Assembly: GCA_963976235.1 (NCBI GenBank)
Contig: CAXBJM010000009.1
Location: forward strand, 8,393 to 72,392
Direction: 5' to 3'
Length of the DNA stretch: 64,000 nucleotides
From: an uncultured bacterium
Lineage (GTDB): Bacteria; Planctomycetota; Phycisphaerae; Phycisphaerales; UBA1924
Position 1 is the stretch's first letter, and every line of letters begins with the position of its first letter. The notes below the pieces were generated by a model. That model saw only the letters and a list, made by a program, of their open reading frames with translations, was not told the DNA's origin and searched no databases. Positions 1 through 8,493 of the stretch are shown one piece after another. A program made the position numbers and the translations under genes.

Positions 1-46
1 GCAGATTGCCCGTTTTTTTATGTCTGCATGTTCTCGATTGTGACGG

Positions 47-1120
47 TTATTGCATCGAGTTGAGTTCTTGAGCAGGCAAACGCTGGACAAGGGTCGGCAA
101 GATGTAGTGGAGACCTTTGTAGGTGTAGATGCGTCCGGAGACGAGCAGTTGAGTCGCATCCCCTGCATCCATCGCAATTGTTTCCATCCGCATGAGGAGC
201 TTGCATGGCTCGACGATGAGTTCCGGTGCATTTGTTGCATCGGGTGTGTCATTGTCGAACACGATCACCCAGGCGCCCGATGCGTTGCGGATCATGCGTG
301 AGGGTTGGCGCAAGATGAGTGTGCCTTCATCGAACCCGGTTATTGAATCTGCGCGTGTGACTTGCGTGCGTTGATTGAGTGAGTTTGATGGGGAATCAAT
401 CTGAAGGTGTGGGCTCTGGGTGGGTGATGAATTTGATTGCGTATCAAACTCAAGCTCTTTGAGCAGATCGCGGACACCAGGATCATTCTCGGTTGATGGC
501 GGGGTTGTGTCCTCGGGTTGAGTAGTTGTAGATTCTGGCGGATTCTCAATAGGTTGAGATTTCCCAATGCGGTACGCGGAGATGAGGAGTTGGTTTCGGT
601 TGTGGTAGGTGAAGATTTCGCCTGAGAGTTCGATTGGTTGTCCGGTCCATTGGTTTTCAAGTTGTTCGAGTGTATGGCAAGGCATGAGCAGGACGGGACC
701 CTCGCCGGGTTGGCGTGTTGCTTGATCGGGGACGAAGATGAGTAGATTGTTTGGACCTCGCACGATGGTGCCTGGACGGTTGAGGATGTAAGCGCCTTGG
801 GCGAGTGTCGAGGGTGCGATGGTTGCATCGAGTGTGTCGTGGAGGACCTTGAGCCAGTCTTCGCCTTGGGTGAGTCCTGGTTGAACTGCAACCGAGACAG
901 CGGCTTTGGTAGGCATCACAGCGGTTTGATTGGTTCCCACGCGCGGTAGGATTGCAATTGCCTGTTCAACCTGCTTGGGACTCCCCGGGGTTGGGTCATC
1001 GGGAGCAGCAAGAGCATGTGTGGATTGGGCACCAAGCACAAGTGAGGCGATCAGAACGGAGGTGTGTGCAGCATTCATTGGGCGATGATCCATATTGGTG
1101 TATCGGCTCGAAGTGACCAT
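47..1120 (-). CDS. secreted protein of unknown function with an internal domain duplication
   Basis: 357-aa ORF. N-terminus is signal-peptide-like (MNAAHTSVLIASLVLGAQSTHALAAPDD), and in-frame ATGs at 1093 and 1078 are more likely true starts. Two ~110-aa halves are separated by an acidic P/T/E linker (ENPPESTTTQPEDTTPPSTENDPG) and share a pattern (PC..L...SG.I.TY). No family recognised. Confidence 0.6.
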   Translation of the reverse strand: MVTSSRYTNMDHRPMNAAHTSVLIASLVLGAQSTHALAAPDDPTPGSPKQVEQAIAILPRVGTNQTAVMPTKAAVSVAVQPGLTQGEDWLKVLHDTLDATIAPSTLAQGAYILNRPGTIVRGPNNLLIFVPDQATRQPGEGPVLLMPCHTLEQLENQWTGQPIELSGEIFTYHNRNQLLISAYRIGKSQPIENPPESTTTQPEDTTPPSTENDPGVRDLLKELEFDTQSNSSPTQSPHLQIDSPSNSLNQRTQVTRADSITGFDEGTLILRQPSRMIRNASGAWVIVFDNDTPDATNAPELIVEPCKLLMRMETIAMDAGDATQLLVSGRIYTYKGLHYILPTLVQRLPAQELNSMQ

Positions 1121-1269
1121 ATCGTATCGTGAAATGTGCCTATGTGTTGATGTCTGGGACGGGAAGTCGTCTTTTGGGTGTGGAAATGAGGGGGAGATGT
1201 TGACCTTTTGGGCATGGGTTTGTACTGTCCCCTCTGCTGATGGTTGTGAGACTGTTGGTTCTGAAGGTC

Positions 1270-1354
1270 GGCCGTGTGCCCGAGTGGTCTAAGGGGACGG
1301 ATTGCAAATCCGTTGTGCGAAAGCCAACCGTGGGTTCGAATCCCACTGCGGCCT
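1270..1354 (+). tRNA. tRNA with anticodon GCA (Cys by anticodon) and a class-II-like long variable arm
   Basis: Cloverleaf folded by hand. Acceptor GGCCGTG/TGCGGCC (5 WC + 2 G-U). D arm CCC-GAGTGGTCTAA-GGG. Anticodon stem ACGGA/TCCGT with loop TTGCAAA (GCA at 1304-1306). 16-nt variable region TGTGCGAAAGCCAACC (GC-GAAA-GC mini-hairpin). T arm GTGGG-TTCGAAT-CCCAC. Discriminator T at 1354; CCA not encoded. Confidence 0.8.
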
Positions 1355-1430
1355 TTGGTTGAAGAACCTGAATGAACCGATCTGGAATGTCCAGGTCGGT
1401 TTTTTCATGGGCGTTCTGATATCATTGTGC

Positions 1431-2498
1431 ATGAGTGAATCGAATCCAATCGAACCAATCAATGCCAAGCCGATGAGTGCCGATGAGGTGGCGGCTGCGG
1501 CCAAGTTGTTCCGCGAAGACTTTGAAGCGGTACGCACCGAGGTTGCCAAAGCGGTGGTGGGGCAACACGAAGCGATCGAGCAGACATTGATCTGTTTGTT
1601 TGTCGGCGGGCACGCGTTGCTTGAAGGGGTGCCTGGGATTGGCAAGACACTTTTGGTGCGGAGTATCGCGCAGGCAGTGGATTTGAAGTTCGGACGGGTG
1701 CAGTTTACTCCTGACCTCATGCCCGCGGATATCACGGGTACGACAGTGGTGGACGAGATTGAGGATGAGCATGGGCGGATGAAACGGGCGTTTCGGTTCT
1801 CGCCTGGTCCAGTGTTCTCTCAGATTTTGCTCGCGGATGAAATTAACCGAGCAACACCCAAGACGCAGTCTGCGTTGCTCGAAGCGATGCAAGAACAGAG
1901 CGTGACGGTGGGGACGACAACGCACAAGTTGCCCAGCCCGTTCTTTGTGCTCGCGACGCAGAACCCGGTGGAGCAAGAGGGGACTTATCCGTTACCCGAA
2001 GCGCAGTTGGACCGGTTTTTCTTTAAGCTGCAAGTTGGATATGGAACGCGTGAAGAACTCGCGGAGATCGTGATCCGGACAACTGGTGCGCAGCAAGCAC
2101 AGATTTCGCCTGTGCTTGATCACGAGCGACTGATCGCGCATCAGCAGCTTGTTCGCCAAGTTCCTGTCGCGGAACATGTGCGTGATTATGCGATCCGGTG
2201 TGTGCTCGCCACGCATCCCAAGAGTGTGTTGTCAGGTGGAGAGTTTGCAACCCCGATGGTGAATCAGTATGTGAGCCTGGGTGCATCACCACGAGCAGCG
2301 CAAGCGTTGATGCTCGCGGGCAAATGCTTGGCGCTGCTTGATGGGCGGGCGAGTGTCGCGATCGAGGATATCCAGAAGGTGGCATTACCCGCATTGAGGC
2401 ACCGGATCTTGCTCAACTTTGAAGCGAGCGCAGAACAGATCGATGCGGATGCGATTGTAATAAATATTGTAAATACGCTCTCACGCGATTCTGTGTGA
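1431..2498 (+). CDS. moxR: MoxR-like AAA+ ATPase
   Basis: Walker A GVPGIGKT, Walker B LLADEINRA, and the typical MoxR core (FRFSPGPVF, VLATQNPVEQEGTYPLPEAQLDRF). The tracked ORF starts at 1302 inside the tRNA. ATG at 1431 (MSESNP...) or 1407 is more plausible. Confidence 0.9.
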   Translation: MSESNPIEPINAKPMSADEVAAAAKLFREDFEAVRTEVAKAVVGQHEAIEQTLICLFVGGHALLEGVPGIGKTLLVRSIAQAVDLKFGRVQFTPDLMPADITGTTVVDEIEDEHGRMKRAFRFSPGPVFSQILLADEINRATPKTQSALLEAMQEQSVTVGTTTHKLPSPFFVLATQNPVEQEGTYPLPEAQLDRFFFKLQVGYGTREELAEIVIRTTGAQQAQISPVLDHERLIAHQQLVRQVPVAEHVRDYAIRCVLATHPKSVLSGGEFATPMVNQYVSLGASPRAAQALMLAGKCLALLDGRASVAIEDIQKVALPALRHRILLNFEASAEQIDADAIVINIVNTLSRDSV

Positions 2499-2667
2499 TT
2501 TGTTGATTCATTTAAATAAAAAAACATGAACAGATTGGAACTGATCTGTGTTTCGTGCAGTATCTATGTGTTGTACCGAAGTATGAGTTTCTCGTTGGCC
2601 CTGCTTTCAGCGAGCGTGCATTCGGTGAATAGACGGAATCGTCTCGTGGGCTAACTGGGGATTGAAA

Positions 2668-3471
2668 ATGAATATGATGAAAGCTGTCGGTGCGCTTGTG
2701 CTTTGTGCTGGGTTTGCGATGGGGGACATTGCAGATGACTTTGAAAGCTACAGCGTTGGCGGGTTGCCCGGTGGCGGCTGGCAAGACGCGGTGAGTTTTA
2801 TTGATGAGCCGACACATCCCGGGGATTCGGTCTCAGTGATTGAGACCACCGACGCGTTTGGAAGTACGACGAATGCAGTGCAGATCGGTGATCACATCGG
2901 GACATCAGGGGGGATGATGTCCCAGGTTGAACATACTACGGTTCAACGGTTCGAGATTGATGTTCGACTTGATCAGCAAGGCAACGGGAGTAGTCCAAAC
3001 TGGATGAGTGCGGTTGGATTTTTCCAAGATACCGATCAGACTGATTTTAACTGGGGGCCTCAGGCGGTTGTGTATGCGTCCCCGAATGGTCGATTTCGGT
3101 TGTTCGTGCAGAACAACGATGGGCAAGGGTCGGGTTCCCGCGACTTTGGACTCGGGAATGCACAGTGGTCGATCGACACCTGGGTTCGGATTTCGCTCGA
3201 AGCAGACTCGGCCAACGGCGTGTTTGGGGTCAAGATTTCTGATCTCGCAACAGGGGATGTGCTGACAGATGTGAGCAGGACTTACACAGGATGGAACCCT
3301 GATTTTGGGCAGTATGATCTTGTCTCGGTGAACGATGGTGAGTACGGAACAAACCAGGGGAGCATTGGGAATATGTCGAGTTATGACAACGCGAACTATG
3401 TGCCGACGCCCGGTGCGATTGGAATGATTGCAGCGAGTGGGTTGTTCATATCCAGACGACGCAGGATGTGA
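2668..3471 (+). CDS. PEP-CTERM-anchored secreted protein
   Basis: N-terminal signal peptide (MNMMKAVGALVLCAGFAMG). C-terminus VPTPGAIGMIAASGLFISRRRRM matches the PEP-CTERM pattern (P-x-P, TM helix, basic tail). GGGGA lies just upstream of ATG 2668; the tracked ORF begins with TTG at 2662. Confidence 0.75.
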   Translation: MNMMKAVGALVLCAGFAMGDIADDFESYSVGGLPGGGWQDAVSFIDEPTHPGDSVSVIETTDAFGSTTNAVQIGDHIGTSGGMMSQVEHTTVQRFEIDVRLDQQGNGSSPNWMSAVGFFQDTDQTDFNWGPQAVVYASPNGRFRLFVQNNDGQGSGSRDFGLGNAQWSIDTWVRISLEADSANGVFGVKISDLATGDVLTDVSRTYTGWNPDFGQYDLVSVNDGEYGTNQGSIGNMSSYDNANYVPTPGAIGMIAASGLFISRRRRM

Positions 3472-3500
3472 ATGAATCGATTGAGTTTGTCCCCCACGAG

Positions 3501-3534
3501 CGGCTGTCAGGTGTTTTCGAGCATCTGGCAGCCG
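3501..3534 (+). terminator. possible stem-loop between convergent genes
   Basis: CGGCTGTCAG (3501-3510) pairs with CTGGCAGCCG (3525-3534): 10 bp with one G-U and a 14-nt loop, followed by ATTTTA. The large loop and weak U-tract make this tentative. Confidence 0.3.
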
Positions 3535-3557
3535 ATTTTACTTATTCGGAGGGATAC

Positions 3558-4268
3558 TCAGAATGAGTACGGATCATCGATGATCCCGCGACGGCGCTTG
3601 CGGGTCGTCGGGGGCGCATTGATCGCATCATGGCACGCATCGGCAAGTGCTTTGATGAACTTCTCGTGTTCTGGGCAGATATCAAGTCGATCGAGAAAAT
3701 CGTCAACGATCCATTGTTTGGGATCATCGGGCTCGGAGGCACCCAGAGCGTCGAGTATTGCTTGATCTCCCAATGTCTCCGCAGCAAGCGCGAACCAATC
3801 AGCGGTGGGGCGATCGTTGTCTGGTGGTTGAATCTGGATTCGCGCGACGCGATCTGCGACGCTGACGATTGGCCAAAGTCCTTTGGCGGTGGTGGGTTCG
3901 CGGGTAAGGACAAAGACACCGATCCCCGCATCATTTGCTGCAACCCTGAATCGGCGGGTGTCAGCGCCAACAAAGTTGGGTGCAAACAGATAGCAACTCG
4001 CATCGGGGTCTGCGGGGATGTCCGATGAGTTTGAGATACAGTGGATCACATTGGTATCGAGCGCAGAGAGACGCAGAGCGCGTTGCGATTCGAGCATGGG
4101 CAGACAGATCCTGCACATGGTTGCGAAGTCGTTCTTGTTGCGAGCAAAGAACAACGCATCGCGGCATGCCATCGCGGCGTCAAGATACTCGCCTCGGGCG
4201 AGGGATTGGCTCGCGAGTTCCATCATGGAATCGATGGGGGGCGCTGTGTTGGACGAATGTTGATTCAT
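3558..4268 (-). CDS. hypothetical protein
   Basis: 236-aa ORF with protein-like composition. Its ATG directly abuts the TAA of the upstream gene (TAAATG at 4266-4271). No family recognised. Confidence 0.55.
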   Translation of the reverse strand: MNQHSSNTAPPIDSMMELASQSLARGEYLDAAMACRDALFFARNKNDFATMCRICLPMLESQRALRLSALDTNVIHCISNSSDIPADPDASCYLFAPNFVGADTRRFRVAANDAGIGVFVLTREPTTAKGLWPIVSVADRVARIQIQPPDNDRPTADWFALAAETLGDQAILDALGASEPDDPKQWIVDDFLDRLDICPEHEKFIKALADACHDAINAPPTTRKRRRGIIDDPYSF

Positions 4269-4889
4269 TTATGAGTTCGATGGTATCTGCTTGATCATGG
4301 TGTTGAGAAGTGCATCCCATGCGTTTGCTTGATCGTCGAGGTCGTACTCGATCGCGTCGCCGAGTGATGCCCAGTCTTGTTTGCCAAGTGAGTTGCGTAC
4401 CTGGGCGAGTGCTTTGGAGAGCGCGTCGATGCATTGTTCGCCAGATATTGTGGTGCCCTTTGCGTCGGTGATTTCGAGTGTGTCGATGTTGATTTCGGCG
4501 AGCGCTGCGGACTGACCAACAACATCACGGACCGCGTGCCAACCTTCGAGAACAGACTTGAGGGATTCGATGGATTGATCGAACGCGCCGGTTCGGATCA
4601 GATCCGCGGTTTCGGTTTGTTCCGTGCGGGTGCCTTCAAGTGCCTCTTTGGCGGTGTTGAGTGTTTCAATGAGGAACGCGTTGAAGTCGGTAGTGGTCAG
4701 GCGAAGCTCGGTGATCCCCGCATTGTCGGTGGGTGGTTCATCGAGGAGTGCGTCGTCGATGGGATGCCCGTCCGCTTGGATGTCGACGATCAATCTGCCA
4801 GCGTCTTCGGCGTGCTGACGAGCGATCTCAAAGGCATTCTCAAGGTTGTCGGTTGTATCAAGTTGTGTATTGTCGATCCAGAGTTGCAT
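4269..4889 (-). CDS. hypothetical acidic protein
   Basis: 206-aa ORF, D/E-rich, predicted helical, no signal peptide. Third gene of a co-directional GT2 / LAB_N / X / Y array. Confidence 0.55.
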   Translation of the reverse strand: MQLWIDNTQLDTTDNLENAFEIARQHAEDAGRLIVDIQADGHPIDDALLDEPPTDNAGITELRLTTTDFNAFLIETLNTAKEALEGTRTEQTETADLIRTGAFDQSIESLKSVLEGWHAVRDVVGQSAALAEINIDTLEITDAKGTTISGEQCIDALSKALAQVRNSLGKQDWASLGDAIEYDLDDQANAWDALLNTMIKQIPSNS

Positions 4890-4916
4890 ATTGATTTCTT
4901 TCTGTTTTGGTTCAAT

Positions 4917-5510
4917 CTATTGGGGAGCGGGTTGATTGGACTCGCGGCATTTTTCTTTATGGATGAGTCTGAGATTTCGAGCATAGATCACGATGCCGGT
5001 GGATTGTCCGAGGACACCAACTATGTCAACGCGCCAGACGAAGTAGGTGAAGAGGCAGATGCCTCCGATGAAACTGAACCACCAAAATATTTCGGGTACG
5101 GTGGAGACACGAGATTTTTCGGAGATGATCCATTGGATAAACATGCGCCCGAAGAATGCGGTTTGTCCGACGAGTCCGATGACGACCCACCCGAAGGTGC
5201 TCCAGGTGGTGATGTTGAAGAAACCAAGCAGGTGTCTTTCGATCGCGGGACGCTGGTTCCACTTGTCGACTTGCTGGGAAATGAATGCATCGAGTTCGAT
5301 CGGTGTGAGAAGTTGATCAGATCTGAGATTTGAGGGTCCAACGACTTGATATTGGAGTTGGCCGTCGATTTCTGATCGCATGAGTTGTATCTCAATAGCG
5401 CCTACAGAGACACTGAGATCCGTCTCCGCATGTGAAAGAGCGGGTTGAAGCACCAACCACATCCCCAGGAGCACCAGGAGGATCATCGCGATGATTGGTC
5501 CTGGTTTCAT
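4917..5510 (-). CDS. membrane protein with lipid-A-biosynthesis N-terminal (LAB_N) domain
   Basis: The C-terminal ~90 aa (FGWVVIGLVGQTAFFGRMFIQWIISEKSRVSTVPEIFWWFSFIGGICLFTYFVWRVDIVGVLGQ) look like the LAB_N 3-TM repeat. N-terminal signal/TM plus a ~95-aa extracytoplasmic segment. Overlaps the upstream GT2 stop by 4 nt. Confidence 0.7.
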   Translation of the reverse strand: MKPGPIIAMILLVLLGMWLVLQPALSHAETDLSVSVGAIEIQLMRSEIDGQLQYQVVGPSNLRSDQLLTPIELDAFISQQVDKWNQRPAIERHLLGFFNITTWSTFGWVVIGLVGQTAFFGRMFIQWIISEKSRVSTVPEIFWWFSFIGGICLFTYFVWRVDIVGVLGQSTGIVIYARNLRLIHKEKCRESNQPAPQ

Positions 5511-6331
5511 TGTGTGATGGTCTCCGCATGAGTGGGTTCTGCGATCTGTGGAGCGGTGATTTCGATGGATGTTACGGGCTTGCGTCGATTCCGCATATAG
5601 CGGACCGCGAAGAGGTCGATGAGTCCGGGGATTGCTCGTTTGGTGATCCCCATGCCGTACTTCGGGGTGCCCGCGTGACGGTGACGATGAGAAACGGGCA
5701 TTTCAACCACGGTGTATCCCATGTGACGAGCAGTTGCGGGGATGAATCGGTGCATGCCTTTGAACTCGAGCGGCAGGCGGAGTGCGACCTCGCGTTTCAT
5801 CACACGCAGGGAGCATCCGGTATCGGTGATGGTGTCCCCGAGTACCCAGAGTCGAAACTTGCGTCCGACCCATGATCCGAACTGGCGGATCTTTGCGTCG
5901 CCTTGTGATCGGGCAGCGGATCGGTCGCCTTGCACAAAATCCGCGTTCGATTCCTCGATGAGTTCGAGCATCGCGGGGATGTCTTTGGGATCATTTTGTA
6001 GATCCGCATCGAGCACCGCGATGAGATCGCCTTTTGCTGCACGGAAACCAGCATGGAAAGCAGCAGACTGCCCGTTGCCTGACCCATGGGGGGTATTGGT
6101 CATTGAAACGCATCGAACCCAGTTTTTTTGCGATTGATGGTCGATAATTTTCATTTTTGTGGTGTCGGTAGACCCGTCGTCCACGATGATGAACTCGAAG
6201 GCGATATTGAGCGGTGAGAGCGCATCTCCGACTTGTTTGATGAGCTCGTCGATATTTTCCTCTTCATTATGAGCAGGCGCAACCACAGAGAGTTTTATCG
6301 AAGATTTGGAAGAATTGAGGTGCGTGCTCAT
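5507..6331 (-). CDS. family 2 glycosyltransferase (polyprenyl-phosphate sugar transferase-like)
   Basis: LSVVAPAHNEEENI, IIVDDGSTDTT and DADLQNDP motifs typical of DPM1/ArnC-like GT2 enzymes. Confidence 0.85.
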   Translation of the reverse strand: MSTHLNSSKSSIKLSVVAPAHNEEENIDELIKQVGDALSPLNIAFEFIIVDDGSTDTTKMKIIDHQSQKNWVRCVSMTNTPHGSGNGQSAAFHAGFRAAKGDLIAVLDADLQNDPKDIPAMLELIEESNADFVQGDRSAARSQGDAKIRQFGSWVGRKFRLWVLGDTITDTGCSLRVMKREVALRLPLEFKGMHRFIPATARHMGYTVVEMPVSHRHRHAGTPKYGMGITKRAIPGLIDLFAVRYMRNRRKPVTSIEITAPQIAEPTHAETITQ

Positions 6332-6434
6332 GATGATTGTTTCGGAGTATCGTATCCGCTGAATATGGTTCCTAGGATTGATCTTAGTAGCCCTTTTACC
6401 AGGATGGTTCCAAAATCCTGAGGAGATAGCAGAT

Positions 6435-6839
6435 ATGCATATGCGTCATTCAGATCACGATCACGGCCCGGAAACTGTTCATGTCAAGATCATCCTTGAG
6501 AATCCAGAAGAACTCAATGAAGATGGTTCGGATAAGGCGGTTCATGAGTTGATGGCTGCCAAAGGCGAGCATCTCCTCGAAGTCGCGATTGAGCACGGAA
6601 TCAACATCGAGCATTCCTGCGGCGGCGTGTGTGCCTGCTCAACCTGCCACATCTATGTCGAGGAAGGCATGGATATGGTCTCGGAAGCAGAGGAAGAGGA
6701 AGAAGATCGGGTCGAAGAAGCACCAGGTCTTCAGATGAACTCTCGGTTAGCATGTCAGTGTGATATCACCGGAGACGGCCCAATTGTCTTCCGGGTCCCA
6801 TCATGGAACCGGAATGCGGTCAAAGAAGTCCCGCATTAA
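6435..6839 (+). CDS. adrenodoxin-type [2Fe-2S] ferredoxin
   Basis: C-x5-C-x2-C in SCGGVCACSTCH plus the distal SRLACQC cysteine. AGGAGA at 6421-6426 precedes ATG 6435. His-rich N-terminal extension (HMRHSDHDHG). Confidence 0.85.
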   Translation: MHMRHSDHDHGPETVHVKIILENPEELNEDGSDKAVHELMAAKGEHLLEVAIEHGINIEHSCGGVCACSTCHIYVEEGMDMVSEAEEEEEDRVEEAPGLQMNSRLACQCDITGDGPIVFRVPSWNRNAVKEVPH

Positions 6840-6874
6840 GCGAGAATCGACCATCTAGGCGATATCCTATAGGC

Positions 6875-8452
6875 ATGAATCGTCTTCCCACTATCAAATA
6901 CATTTTTGTTTCGCTCATCTTCGCAATGGGGGCATCGTTGTGCTTTAGCGGGACGATGCTTGCTCGCACCGGACCAACAGATGATATTGTGGAATCCGTT
7001 TGGGTATCAATGCGGGTGAAAGTTCCTGCACCTGATGCGATGGGTAACGCGATTGGTGACACAAAGGGATTCGGGCTTGTGCTGATTGATCCTGATCAGG
7101 GTGCGATCGATGATGAGTTTGTGTGGGATGAACCCAACACCGATCATTCGATCGCGATCGGTTTCGATGTTCATAATCCGCAACCAAATCAAGAGGCCGA
7201 TGAGAATGGTCGGGTGATGGGTTGGTTCGATGCGCTGGGTAACTGGTACGATCGGCCTCAACGCGAGGTGTCGGTGCATGTGAATGGACGCGAGCGGATC
7301 AATGTGCTCAGTGATGTCGAGTTCCGCACGGGTGAGTGGATGGATGTGATGGTCCAGGTCCGTTTTGTGCTCGGCGGAGCACATGTCATGGTGCTCATTG
7401 ATGGGCAGGTCGTGATCAGTCAAGATGTTTGGCAAGTTGAACCCATGCGTCTTCATGCGATGGCGGGTGTCGAGGGGGATGCGATCGAGATCGAAGATCT
7501 ATCGATTGTGCATGCAGGATTGCTTGAAGAATCAATGCCAAAACCTGTGCATGTGGAAGTCTTCGCCGAGGAGTTCTTGGCAAATGCAAAGCGTCTCAAA
7601 TCGGATGTTGATTTTGATGCGATCCCGGAATCAGTTGGACGGGTCATCGCGACCCTGACGCTATCTGAGCCTGAGGTTGGGTATGACCACTGGGATAAAA
7701 AAGGCACAATCGGTATGAGCGTTCCCAGCGGGGTTGAGGGGGAGGAAGCGGAACGGTTTGAGGTGTTCCGGTTTATTACTCCATTCCGTCGCGGATGGAC
7801 CTGGTATATGGATGTGACGGACTTCATGCCTTTGTTCCGTGATCAGCGTGCGTTTGATGCGCATATCGGGACTTATATGAAAGGGTGGAATGTTTCCTTT
7901 GGGTTGGATTTCTATCCGGGTACTCCAGAACGCTCGCCGATCGAGGTGGTGAACTTATGGAACGGGAATGCAGATATCGGCGATCCAGAAAAACCAGTTC
8001 ATGAGTTTTATCGAGCGCGTGAGATCACAGTGCCTCAAGGAACAACGCATGCACGCGTGCGGGCAACTGTAACCGGTCACGGGATGCATCCCAACTCGAA
8101 AAACGCGGGTGAGTTCATGCCGATCTGGCGGACCATGACGATCAGTTCGCAGGAATCTGGGGGGGATGTGCTCGCGGGTGATTTTATAACACAATCATCG
8201 CGTGATCATCTCTGGATGACGGATGTGTATTTGAATCCTTGTCGGCCTCAGGGCGGGACATGGAAGTTTGATCGCTCGGGTTGGGCGCCGGGATCGAAGG
8301 TTGAGCCTTGGATTGTTGATGTCCAACGCGAGTTCGTGTTTGGAGATACAGTCACGATCGAGTACGAACTCGATGAATACCTCAACGAAGGGCGAGGCGA
8401 GACCTGGGCGCCGCACCATTGGACCGATGCGGTCATCGTGTTTTACAAATAA
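6875..8452 (+). CDS. secreted protein with PNGase F-like C-terminal half (tentative)
   Basis: Signal peptide after M at 6875. The C-terminal ~270 aa carry motifs I associate with peptide-N-glycosidase F-type domains (DHWDKKGTIG, TVTGHGMH...AGEF, DRSGWAPGSKVEPW). Recognition by eye only. Confidence 0.5.
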   Translation: MNRLPTIKYIFVSLIFAMGASLCFSGTMLARTGPTDDIVESVWVSMRVKVPAPDAMGNAIGDTKGFGLVLIDPDQGAIDDEFVWDEPNTDHSIAIGFDVHNPQPNQEADENGRVMGWFDALGNWYDRPQREVSVHVNGRERINVLSDVEFRTGEWMDVMVQVRFVLGGAHVMVLIDGQVVISQDVWQVEPMRLHAMAGVEGDAIEIEDLSIVHAGLLEESMPKPVHVEVFAEEFLANAKRLKSDVDFDAIPESVGRVIATLTLSEPEVGYDHWDKKGTIGMSVPSGVEGEEAERFEVFRFITPFRRGWTWYMDVTDFMPLFRDQRAFDAHIGTYMKGWNVSFGLDFYPGTPERSPIEVVNLWNGNADIGDPEKPVHEFYRAREITVPQGTTHARVRATVTGHGMHPNSKNAGEFMPIWRTMTISSQESGGDVLAGDFITQSSRDHLWMTDVYLNPCRPQGGTWKFDRSGWAPGSKVEPWIVDVQREFVFGDTVTIEYELDEYLNEGRGETWAPHHWTDAVIVFYK

Positions 8453-8493
8453 CTAAACAAATTGAAGTCGATAACAAACGGATACAAAGAACG

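Noticed and set aside
1302-1430. 5' extension of the moxR ORF, and likewise 34478-34654 for the small ORF after tRNA-Lys
   Set aside because: Both extensions run through tRNA genes and start with TTG inside the tRNA. In-frame ATGs downstream (1431 and 34655) give sensible proteins.
4434-5333. 299-aa plus-strand ORF
   Set aside because: It is antisense to the LAB_N-domain gene and the acidic hypothetical gene. The translation is G/D/E/F-rich and motif-free, and the minus-strand genes form a tight operon.
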